Of a DNA stretch of 64,000 nucleotides, positions 22,170-30,477 are shown piece by piece; positions within the stretch are counted from its first letter, which is position 1, and each line of letters opens with the position of its first letter. Both the position numbers and the translations under genes were made by a program. Origin of the DNA: Flavobacteriales bacterium. Lineage in GTDB: Bacteria > Bacteroidota > Bacteroidia > Flavobacteriales > JANQLC01. The stretch spans positions 8,492 to 72,491 of the forward strand of contig JANQLC010000008.1 of assembly GCA_028280815.1 (NCBI GenBank). Direction: 5' to 3'. Under the pieces are notes generated by a model, which worked only from the letters and a program-made list of their open reading frames with translations, was not told the origin of the DNA and did no database searches.

Positions 22170-22243
22170 AGCCGGTGGAGGGATTCGAACCCCCGACCCC
22201 GAGATTACAAATCACGTGCTCTAGCCAGCTGAGCTACACCGGC
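22170..22243 (-). tRNA. tRNA-Thr (TGT anticodon)
   Basis: Hand fold: GCCGGTG acceptor, anticodon loop TTTGTAA (one U-U mismatch in the anticodon stem), T-loop TTCGAAT. Confidence 0.85.
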
Positions 22244-22284
22244 AAGTCGTCAGAAAAAGAACACCCCGTATTTTTTACGGACTG

Positions 22285-22292
22285 CAAATGTA
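22285..22292 (-). promoter_or_regulatory. candidate -7 box (TACATTTG) for the tRNA-tuf transcription unit
   Basis: TAnnTTTG match on the minus strand, about 42 nt upstream of the first tRNA. Confidence 0.35.
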
Positions 22293-22328
22293 TAAAGTTT
22301 TTTAGAACCCCAAAAAATATATGCGATT

Positions 22329-22628
22329 CTAATGGGTTTTTGTCTTTTCCTTACACCTGGAAATCTGACGCTTTAAGGTATCGAGTGAGCGGTCTGTTCC
22401 CTCCTCAAAAGTACGACAAATCTTTTTGACTACGATCTCTTCTCTGGGGATCGATAGCTTGGTCTCCACCATTTTATTTCGCTTATCGGGCGTGTTTTTT
22501 ACCTTTAAATAGACTTCAATCGCTATAATTCTATCGCAATAATTCTCGAGCTTGGCATACTTTTTCTCCACGAAGTCGCAGAGCTCGGCTCCTGCGTGAA
22601 AGTTAACGGCTTGTACGCATACGTTCAT
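22329..22628 (-). CDS. hpf: ribosome hibernation promoting factor / RaiA family
   Basis: MNVCVQAVNFHAGAELCDFVEKKYAKLENY is a typical short HPF N-terminus. ATG 22628 is chosen over the track start. Confidence 0.85.
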   Translation of the reverse strand: MNVCVQAVNFHAGAELCDFVEKKYAKLENYCDRIIAIEVYLKVKNTPDKRNKMVETKLSIPREEIVVKKICRTFEEGTDRSLDTLKRQISRCKEKTKTH

Positions 22629-23526
22629 GGCATTTCGATTTTGAGCCACGGGGATGGGCTCGGTTATACATACGTTTCAGATTTTCAATATCGTTTTGCA
22701 GGTAAATTTGTGTGGCTGCCAGTCCCGCATGCCCTAGCAGCTCCTTAATCGAATGCAAGTCCGCCCCCCTTTGAAGCAGGTGGGTGGCAAAGGTGTGGCG
22801 CAACACATGGGGACTTTTCTCGGCTTTTGTCGTCACATGGCTGAGCTGTGAATTCACCAGGCGATAGACGAGTTTGGGGTACAGCGGATTCCCCTTCTCA
22901 GTTAAAAAAAAGGAATCTGCAGTTTCATCTTTCAAATGATCCCGCTCGCATCGGTATCGCATTAAAACACTTTTTAAATGGGTGGTGGTCGGGATCTTGC
23001 GCGCTTTGTTGCGCTTCCCCCATACCAAAAAGAAGCCATCAGCGCCGAGGTCTACATCCTTCAACTGTAAGCCGATGAGCTCAGCCAAGCGCATACCGGT
23101 TTGATAGAAGGTTTCAATAATGGCTCGATTTCGAATGCGCGCAAAGCGCGAGAGATGCTGAAAAAAAACACCGCTTACCGCTTTGTCCATCTCTTCTTCT
23201 GAATAGACGGTATGTATTTTCCTATGCGCTTTGAGCTTGGCAATTCCCAGCGCTGGATTTTCATCGATGGCTTTGACCTCGACGAGAAACCGATAGAAAC
23301 TCTTTAGACTGCTGAGCTTCCGATTGATGCTGTTGTTGTCCAATTTGCGGCTTGCCAAGGACGCAATCCAAGCCCGAATAATGGGTGCATTTACACCTTG
23401 TACGGGGATTCGTCGCTCGTCTAAGTAGCCTTTAAATCCTTCCAAATCGCTCCGGTAAGCACGGACGGTATGCGAAGTGTAACGCCTGGCATACCGAAGG
23501 TGTTCGATGAATTTTTGGATGGGCAT
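22603..23526 (-). CDS. tyrosine-type site-specific recombinase (XerC/XerD family)
   Basis: 307 aa with an N-terminal SAM-like core-binding domain and a C-terminal catalytic region (HVLRHTFATHLL ... LGHAGLAATQIY). Confidence 0.88.
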   Translation of the reverse strand: MPIQKFIEHLRYARRYTSHTVRAYRSDLEGFKGYLDERRIPVQGVNAPIIRAWIASLASRKLDNNSINRKLSSLKSFYRFLVEVKAIDENPALGIAKLKAHRKIHTVYSEEEMDKAVSGVFFQHLSRFARIRNRAIIETFYQTGMRLAELIGLQLKDVDLGADGFFLVWGKRNKARKIPTTTHLKSVLMRYRCERDHLKDETADSFFLTEKGNPLYPKLVYRLVNSQLSHVTTKAEKSPHVLRHTFATHLLQRGADLHSIKELLGHAGLAATQIYLQNDIENLKRMYNRAHPRGSKSKCHERMRTSR

Positions 23527-23556
23527 ACGCTGTAGGAACAGGAGGTAAATTTAATT

Positions 23557-23580
23557 CAATTCGCGGAAAAAAGCGAATTG
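23557..23580. promoter_or_regulatory. perfect 8-bp inverted repeat CAATTCGC-N8-GCGAATTG upstream of the recombinase gene
   Basis: Seen directly in the sequence, 31 nt upstream of ATG 23526. Could be an operator or a stem-loop. Confidence 0.35.
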
Positions 23581-23639
23581 ACAGGCACAGCTTTTCCTGC
23601 ATTTCTCAATTTTTTATCGCGTGGCCCAGGGTTGACCCG

Positions 23640-24470
23640 TCAGGCGTGGTCGTTCCAGTTCGATTGGGCCACATATACGGGATCGGGTTGGATACTTTGG
23701 GGGTGGATGGCTTGGGTTGCTGTGCTATTGCGTTGATTGCGTGGGTTGGGTTGTTTGATGTGCTTTGATAAGCATGACTCTTGCTGTTTTGGATGCTTGA
23801 GCGGATTGCTCGGTCTCTCTTGGTTTTGTCGCATGGGTTTGGTTGGCTCGTTGGGCGTGGTTGTTGCGGTTCGATTGGGCTACGTATCTGTGATTGGGTT
23901 GGTGCGTTGTTGTAATTCGGCCGGGCCGGGTTGGTTGCTTGGGTTGCGTTGGCGTTGCTTGCGTTGGCTGGATTGGATTGGGTTGTTTCATTGTCGGGTC
24001 GCTTTGCGTTGGCGGTTTTCTGTTGCGCTGTTTTGTCGTTGGGCGGATTGGGCTGGCTTGAGCGAAGTCGGGTCGATTGCTCGGGTTGTGTTGCAGTTGG
24101 ATGGGTGGATTGGGATTGTCTGTATTATTCGGTTTGGCGCGACTGCTCCGTCGGTGTGATTCGCAGACTCGGATGGGCGGGTGTTTTGTCGAGTTGTTTC
24201 GTCGCTGCTCAGGTGCGTTGTTGTGTTTTGCTATCGGTTGCGTTTGTGGGCTGTCGCATCCTTGGGTTGAATGGGTTGGTCAGCTTTGCGCTAGCCTGAG
24301 TTGCTTGGATGAGTTGGCTTGAAACGGTGGCTTTGCGGTTGTGACTTAGATGGATTGGTTTGAGTGGGTCGAATTGGCTGGGTTGGATCAGATGGATGAG
24401 CTGGGTTGGATGAGCTGGCTTGAAACGGTGGCTCAGGGCTTTCGGGTTATCGCTTTCGGAATGGGATCGG
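23640..24470. repeat. strand-asymmetric intergenic island 2 (G+T-rich on + strand)
   Basis: My count of 23941-24000 is G25 T24 C8 A3. It fills almost the whole 945-bp gap between the recombinase start and the uvrB stop. Confidence 0.75.
23670..24120 (+). repeat. inverted-repeat arm A (partner 29395..29865)
   Basis: My alignment to the reverse complement of 29395-29865 is colinear with a few indels, and roughly 85-90% identical by eye. Confidence 0.8.
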
Positions 24471-24471
24471 A

Positions 24472-26466
24472 TCAGGTTTTTGCCTTCCAGTATTGCCAGG
24501 CATCGCGCAGGCGGGCGGCTTGGACAAAATCTAGGGCTTTGGCCGCCTGTTCCATGGCTTTTCGGGTTTCGCGCACCTTTTTCTCTATATCTCCTTTGCT
24601 CAGGTAAGCGACATCGAGCTCGTCAGCCGCTTGGTCTCCGCCTGGGGTCGGACAACTGTCCTCCAAGGCTTTCTCAGGGCTTAAACCCACGTCTATCGCT
24701 TTGTGCAGCGGTTGGGGTGTGATGCCGTTCTCCCGGTTGTATGCGATTTGTCTCTCACGCCTGCGCTCGGTTTCTTCCACGGTTCTCCGCATGCTTTCCG
24801 TGGTTTTATCCGCATACATGATGACCCGACCGCTTACATTTCTCGCAGCGCGACCGGCGGTTTGCGTAAGGGCGCGATGGGAGCGCAAAAAACCTTCTTT
24901 GTCCGCATCGAGAATGGCGACCAATGACACCTCGGGCAGGTCTAAGCCTTCGCGGAGTAAATTAATCCCTACCAATACGTCAAAAACGCCTTTTCGCAAC
25001 GCCCGCATGATCGCCACGCGTTCCAATGTGTCGATATCGGAGTGGATGTAGCGCGAGCGAATGCGCATGCGATTCAAGTACTGGGTCAGCTCTTCCGCCA
25101 TCCGCTTGGTCAAGGTGGTGACGAGTACGCGTTCATTCCGCTCTGCGCGCCTTTGAATTTCCGCCATCAAGTCGTCGATCTGATTTTGACTGGGACGCAC
25201 ATCGATTTTGGGGTCGAGCAAGCCGGTGGGGCGAATCAGCTGTTCCACTAGCACCCCTTCGCTCTGCTGCAACTCGTAATCCGCGGGGGTGGCACTGACA
25301 AACAGCACCTGATTTTGCAGGGCTTCAAACTCCTCGAATCGCAACGGGCGGTTGTCCAAAGCGGCGGGCAGGCGAAAGCCGTATTCGACCAAGGTCTCCT
25401 TTCGGCTGCGATCGCCGCCATGCATGGCGTGTACTTGCGGTACGGTTACGTGACTCTCATCCACCACCATCAGGTAATCCGCGGGGAAGTAATCCAAGAG
25501 GCAAAAGGGGCGCATATGGGGTGCTCGCCCATCGAGGTATCGCGAATAATTTTCAATGCCGGCACAATAGCCGAGTTCCTTCATCATTTCCAGATCGAAT
25601 CGCGTCCGTTCTTCCAACCGCTTGGCCTCCAGATTTTTTCCCATATCCCTGAGGTATGCAACCCGATCGACCAGGTCGTGCTGAATCTGCTCCACAGCCG
25701 TTTTCAGGCGTTCGGGAGAAGTGACAAAGAGGTTGGCTGGATAGAGGTTGATCCGGTCATAGCGCTCTAAAACGGAATTGCGCTGCGGGTCAAAGGCCTC
25801 GATGGCTTCGATTTCCAAATCCCAGAAATGGACGCGAATAGCCACATCGGAATAAGCTGGAAAAATATCCACCGTATCTCCCCGCACGCGAAAGTTCCCC
25901 CGGCCGAAATCGGCTTCTGTCCGCGCGTATAAGCTCGATACCAATTGCAGTAAAAACCGGTTTCGCGGTAGGGTGTCCCCGCAGGCGATGGAGATGACAC
26001 TCTTGTGAAACTCGGTGGGATTGCCGATACCGTACAGGCAGGACACGGAGGCGACTACCAAAACATCACGCCTGCCGCTGAGCAGCGAAGAAGTGGTGCT
26101 CAGGCGCAGCTTTTCGATCTCTTCGTCGATGGACAAGTCTTTTTCAATATAGGTGTTCGTCACGGGGATGAAAGCCTCGGGTTGGTAATAATCGTAATAG
26201 GAGACGAAGTACTCTACGGCATTATCGGGGAAAAACTGCTTGAACTCGCCGTAGAGTTGTGCGGCCAAGGTCTTGTTGTGCGCCAATACGAGGGTAGGCC
26301 GTTGCAATTCTCGCACCACATTGGCTACGGTAAAAGTCTTGCCGGAGCCGGTTACGCCCAACAGGGTTTGAAATTTAACACCTTGTCTGAACCCTTCGGT
26401 GAGCTGCGCGATGGCTTGGGGTTGGTCGCCGGTGGGCTGAAAGTCCGAAACGAGCTCGAAATCCAT
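24472..26466 (-). CDS. uvrB: excinuclease ABC subunit B
   Basis: [28 protein letters not shown] Walker A, and C-terminal UVR motif (AARLRDAWQ). ATG 26466 is chosen. Confidence 0.96.
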   Translation of the reverse strand: MDFELVSDFQPTGDQPQAIAQLTEGFRQGVKFQTLLGVTGSGKTFTVANVVRELQRPTLVLAHNKTLAAQLYGEFKQFFPDNAVEYFVSYYDYYQPEAFIPVTNTYIEKDLSIDEEIEKLRLSTTSSLLSGRRDVLVVASVSCLYGIGNPTEFHKSVISIACGDTLPRNRFLLQLVSSLYARTEADFGRGNFRVRGDTVDIFPAYSDVAIRVHFWDLEIEAIEAFDPQRNSVLERYDRINLYPANLFVTSPERLKTAVEQIQHDLVDRVAYLRDMGKNLEAKRLEERTRFDLEMMKELGYCAGIENYSRYLDGRAPHMRPFCLLDYFPADYLMVVDESHVTVPQVHAMHGGDRSRKETLVEYGFRLPAALDNRPLRFEEFEALQNQVLFVSATPADYELQQSEGVLVEQLIRPTGLLDPKIDVRPSQNQIDDLMAEIQRRAERNERVLVTTLTKRMAEELTQYLNRMRIRSRYIHSDIDTLERVAIMRALRKGVFDVLVGINLLREGLDLPEVSLVAILDADKEGFLRSHRALTQTAGRAARNVSGRVIMYADKTTESMRRTVEETERRRERQIAYNRENGITPQPLHKAIDVGLSPEKALEDSCPTPGGDQAADELDVAYLSKGDIEKKVRETRKAMEQAAKALDFVQAARLRDAWQYWKAKT

Positions 26467-26713
26467 TCGGCAAAAATACGAAGTATAGACCTCTCCCATA
26501 CCCAAGCAGTTCAAACACACAGCGGGCAAAAAAGCTTCAAATCGGTTAAAAATTCCCAATGGAAATTGCGAAAGACCTCATTTCGACATATCTTTATGCC
26601 ATGTAGAAAACAGAAGATGAGACGACCTATGCGCGAGGCAACCCCTAAGGCCAACAAGCCTAAAGCCCTGTTGGATACCCATGGCAGGCTGTGCAGCAAA
26701 TGATAAACACGAC

Positions 26714-27443
26714 ATGGAGGCTTATGCTAAACTAAGAGAGGGTGCTGACTTCTATCTGAGTGAATCATTTTATCATATCAATGAATCGCTACTTGATGAA
26801 TCAGCCGGTATCCTCTTTTCAAAATATCTCCAAGAGATTGATCCGACCGATGTTGATCGAAAAATAGCCGAGAGCGCAAGTATTCCCAAAAGCACTATAG
26901 AATTACTGCGATTCAACTGTAATGAAGTACTCAGTGAAGAGACGACGAGAAAAATGTCTGATGCGTGGCGCAAAGCGCAAATGATATCGCGATTTAAAAA
27001 CTACGGTTCCGGGCTTAACCATATTATAAACTCAATTCACATCCTCGGACATCTCAATAACTTTGGTTTTTTCATTGAAACTATAATCAATCGACATCTG
27101 ATGCTCTTACAAGACTCCAAATCTATAGACGGTTTGAGCTACTCGAGAATAGCTATTGCAAAAATATGTGGAGAAACTGGTCTTTATTTTCAAAGATGAT
27201 TTGAGTTCAAATACAATTCACCTCGACAAAATCACAAACTTATTCAGTTTGAGAAATAAGACCGTCCATTATACACCTCACAATGCAATTAGGCTTAAAC
27301 CGAAAATATCGGAATTATTGCAAATTTGGAAACAAGCGATAGCATTACTCAAAAGACTTGAGGCCATTGAAATGTTTGATGAAGATAAGTTCTCAAAGAG
27401 ATTAGACGAACGCGTAAAAGCCTTTACGCATAAATGGATGTAA
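26714..27443 (+). pseudogene. HEPN-like (Rx4H) protein gene, frameshifted at an A5 run
   Basis: Two overlapping ORFs (26681..27199 and 27156..27443) join if one A is added at 27160-27164 (..SRIAIAKKYVEKLVFIFKDD..). The second part carries LRNKTVHY, an RNxxxH motif. The region is low in GC. Confidence 0.55.
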
Positions 27444-27617
27444 AAAAGCTGGTTCTGCCTACAAAGGCTATCAGGCTTCAGACTGGGAAGAAGTATTTTA
27501 ACAGAAGGTTGAAGGTACCGAAAATCAAACTAAAACAACATAAAAACAAAGAGTCTTTATTGCGCTCAAGACGACAGTGCAAAGCAGAATCAGACGGTTC
27601 TCAGTCAACTGGCCCAC

Positions 27618-28709
27618 CTAAGCGCTACACCTAAAATGGACGACATCCCCGTCTTGTACGACGTATTGCTTGCCCTCTATGCGCATTTTTCCCGCTTCCC
27701 TCGCCCGAGCTGCCGAACCCTGGGCTATGTAATCCCCATAAGCGATGACCTCGGCGCGAATAAACCCCTTTTCAAAATGGGAGTGAATCACCCCCGCCGC
27801 CCGTGGCGCCCGATCGCCTTTGTGGATCGTCCAGGCGCGGACCTCTTCAGCGCCAGCTGTAAAGTAGGTCTGTAGGTTTAACAAGCGATAGGCGGATCGA
27901 ATCAACTGGGCGGCTCCCGGCTCCTCGAGTCCCATGTCTGTGAGAAACAGCTGACGCGCCGCCAAATCGTCCAGGGCTGCGATCTCCGCCTCAGCGGCGA
28001 CGGCCAAAACCAGCGTTTCAGACGGCTCGGCGGCAATGGCTCCCCGAAGCCGTTTCGTATGGGCGTTTCCGGTTTTTACAGCGCTTTCATCCACATTGCA
28101 GACATATAAGACGGGCTTGCTCGTCAAGAATTGAAAGCCATCCACCCGAGCGCGATCAGCTGCCGAGAATCCGATGCGCCGAACCGGCTCGCCCGATTCC
28201 AGATGCTGGCGGATAACGCGCAGCAGTTCCCATTCCTGCTGCGCCACCGGGTTGCCTGAACGGGCGGCGCGTCGCACCTTGTCCATATGCCTGACCGCCG
28301 TTTCCAAATCCTTGAGTTGCAACTCGAGATCGACGATCTCCTTATCTCGAACCGGATCGACCGAACCATCGACATGGGTGACATGGTCGTCTTCAAAGCA
28401 GCGCAATACGTGAATCAGGGCATTCGTCTCGCGGAGGTGTGCCAAAAATGAGTTGCCCAAACCCTCCCCTCGGCTCGCACCGCTGACGAGTCCGGCTATA
28501 TCCACCACTTCAACCGTTGCGGGAACCACACGCTGGGGTTTCACCAATTCGGCCAACTGATGCAGCCGCGCATCCGGCACCTGTACCCTACCGATATTGG
28601 GCTCAATCGTACAAAAGGGAAAGTTTGCCGCTTGGGCCTTCGCCGTGCTCAAGCTGTTGAAAAGCGTGGATTTTCCCACGTTGGGCAAGCCCAAGATGCC
28701 GCATTTCAT
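27618..28709 (-). CDS. ychF: redox-regulated ATPase YchF
   Basis: MKCGILGLPNVGKSTLFN start and a C-terminal TGS-like domain. ATG 28709 is chosen. Confidence 0.95.
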   Translation of the reverse strand: MKCGILGLPNVGKSTLFNSLSTAKAQAANFPFCTIEPNIGRVQVPDARLHQLAELVKPQRVVPATVEVVDIAGLVSGASRGEGLGNSFLAHLRETNALIHVLRCFEDDHVTHVDGSVDPVRDKEIVDLELQLKDLETAVRHMDKVRRAARSGNPVAQQEWELLRVIRQHLESGEPVRRIGFSAADRARVDGFQFLTSKPVLYVCNVDESAVKTGNAHTKRLRGAIAAEPSETLVLAVAAEAEIAALDDLAARQLFLTDMGLEEPGAAQLIRSAYRLLNLQTYFTAGAEEVRAWTIHKGDRAPRAAGVIHSHFEKGFIRAEVIAYGDYIAQGSAARAREAGKMRIEGKQYVVQDGDVVHFRCSA

Positions 28710-28728
28710 ACCGCCGATCAGATCACCG

Positions 28729-28736
28729 CAAAGATA
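28729..28736 (-). promoter_or_regulatory. candidate -7 box (TATCTTTG) for ychF
   Basis: TAnnTTTG match on the minus strand, 19 nt upstream of ATG 28709. Confidence 0.4.
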
Positions 28737-28789
28737 GGGGTTTTGAAAGCGCTCCATGGGGACAAACGCCAAAAAACGAGCCGCCTTTC

Positions 28790-30420
28790 AAGTCATCCCC
28801 AAGCGGCAAAGCAAAAAGCACACCGCTTTTCAAACCACTCCGCAGAGATAAATACCCAAAAGACAAGTCCCCATTTTCAAATTGACTTACAGAGACAGAC
28901 GCCAAAACAACCGGTTTCAGTCTTCAAACCCATACGAGGGGCAAAGACAAAAACAGCGCTCCTTTTCCAGTCAACACAAAAGAGCCAAACCGAAAAAACA
29001 AGCCAGCCCAGCCAACCCATGCAAGCCAATTCGCCCAGGCAACAACGCAACAGTGCAAACGACCCAATTAACGCAATCACGCATGCGTGACAAACAACCC
29101 GCCAACGCAATCAAACCAACCCAGTACACCGTATGGTAAAAAAGACCCACCCAAAAAACCCGACGAAAGACAAGGGACGAAAAACAACACAGCCCAACCG
29201 AGCAGTCGCAACAACCCACTGAACCACGCAGCGAGAGAAACCAGGTCTTTCTAAATGCCAGATAGAAACGCAAAAACAGTTCCGAGCGCGCAAAGGCTCT
29301 GAAAAGAGCTAAACCCATCCAAGCCAAGTCAACCCAAATCAAATGATGCAAACAAGCCTAATCCACCCAACCTACGCAAAGCGACCCAATCACCCGCACG
29401 ACAACCCAATCAAGCCATCCAATTGCAACCCAATCCGACTCCACTGAACAGTCCAATCCGCCCAACGACAAAACAGCGCAACAGCAAACCGCCAACGCAA
29501 AGCGACCCGACAATGAAACAACCCAATCTAAGCCAGCCAACGCAAGCAACGCAAAGCGAACCAAGCAGTTAAGCAACGCCAATGCAACCCAAGCAACCAA
29601 CCCGGCCTAGCCAAATTACAACAACGCACCAACCCAAAACCACCAACCCAATCACAGATACCTAGCCCAATCCAACCGCAACGACCACGACCAACCAGCC
29701 AACCAAAACCATGCGACAAAACCATAGAGAGACCGAGCAATCCGATCAAGCATCCAAAACAGCAAGAGTCTTGCTTATCAAAGCACATCGAACAACCCAA
29801 CCCACGCAAGCAACGCAATAGCACAGCAACCCAATCCAAGCCACTCAATCCAAATCCCGCATATAACAACTGTAGAAAAGACGAATGCAAAAAGCCGATG
29901 AAGGACAAGGGACAAAGACAACCCAACCTACCCCACCGACACGGCCAAGCCAGCCCTGGACTCGCCCAAGCCAATCAGCGGAAAAACAAACGCAAAAAAC
30001 TCGCCCGAACCGATCACGGGAAGGGCGAACGAGAAAAAACCCAACATGCGAAATCCCAAATGCACCCGTGCACAAACGAGAGCGGAATGACAACTTTCAA
30101 TTGACACCCATACACGCCAAACATAAAAACCCCACCCAGTGGACCCGACGAGGAAGAGCCCAATCAACACGACAACCCACGCAACGATAAAACAAACCCT
30201 TTTTCAAACTACTATGGCACAGGGATAAAAGAGCCGTCTTGACCGCTCCAAACCGCCACAAAAGGACAAGCGCAAAAAACCGGCCTTTCAAGCGCGGACG
30301 CGAATCGAGAAATAAGGAAGTGGAAAAACCTAGAGCGCGCAGCCATTCCACAAAGGATAAAGGCAAACGAATCCCCAACCGGGATAGTCGAGAATCCGCA
30401 TCTCCGCAAAAGCGGCTAAA
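28790..30420. repeat. strand-asymmetric intergenic island 3 (A+C-rich, T-poor on + strand)
   Basis: My count of 29401-29460 is A21 C24 T9 G6. It occupies most of a 1.77-kb gene-free gap between ychF and the transketolase genes. Confidence 0.75.
29395..29865 (-). repeat. inverted-repeat arm B (partner 23670..24120)
   Basis: See arm A. The ORF-track artefact peptides share MVAWVALALL..LAGLDWVVSLSGRFALAV.CCAVLSLGGL between 23931..24299(+) and 29358..29600(-). Confidence 0.8.
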
Positions 30421-30451
30421 GTCATGGGTGTCTTCCCACGCCTTAAAGGAC

Positions 30452-30459
30452 TATATTTG
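30452..30459 (+). promoter_or_regulatory. candidate -7 box (TATATTTG) for the transketolase genes
   Basis: TAnnTTTG match 18 nt upstream of ATG 30478. Confidence 0.4.
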
Positions 30460-30477
30460 CAAAAAAATGGAACCGTC

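Noticed and set aside
22262-22282. Hairpin CCGTA-N5-TACGG after hpf as a terminator
   Set aside because: The stem is only 5 bp and the T-run is displaced. It also lies downstream of the candidate tRNA promoter box, so its role is ambiguous.
22603-23526. Recombinase next to a tRNA cluster as the integrase of a genomic island
   Set aside because: The xer-like / hpf / tRNA / tuf order is, as I recall, a conserved core arrangement in Flavobacteriia. I saw no att-like tRNA 3' duplication. The gene is kept as a chromosomal recombinase, and its proximity to the inverted repeats is flagged separately.
23725-24322. ORFs inside island 2 (23725..23991-, 23737..24159+, 23931..24299+, 24077..24322+)
   Set aside because: They are G/W/L/V/C-rich or P/Q/T/N-rich. 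This is expected where one strand lacks A (or T) and so lacks stop codons. Several overlap each other in different frames.
28560-30409. Many ORFs of 60-176 aa inside island 3 on both strands
   Set aside because: They have the same compositional cause. They overlap each other and the ychF 5' end, and there is no continuous long frame, start context or recognisable domain.
8590-30420. Possibility that the repeat islands are CRISPR arrays
   Set aside because: There is no regular repeat-spacer periodicity, no exact repeat of 25-40 bp recurring at constant spacing, and no cas genes in the window.
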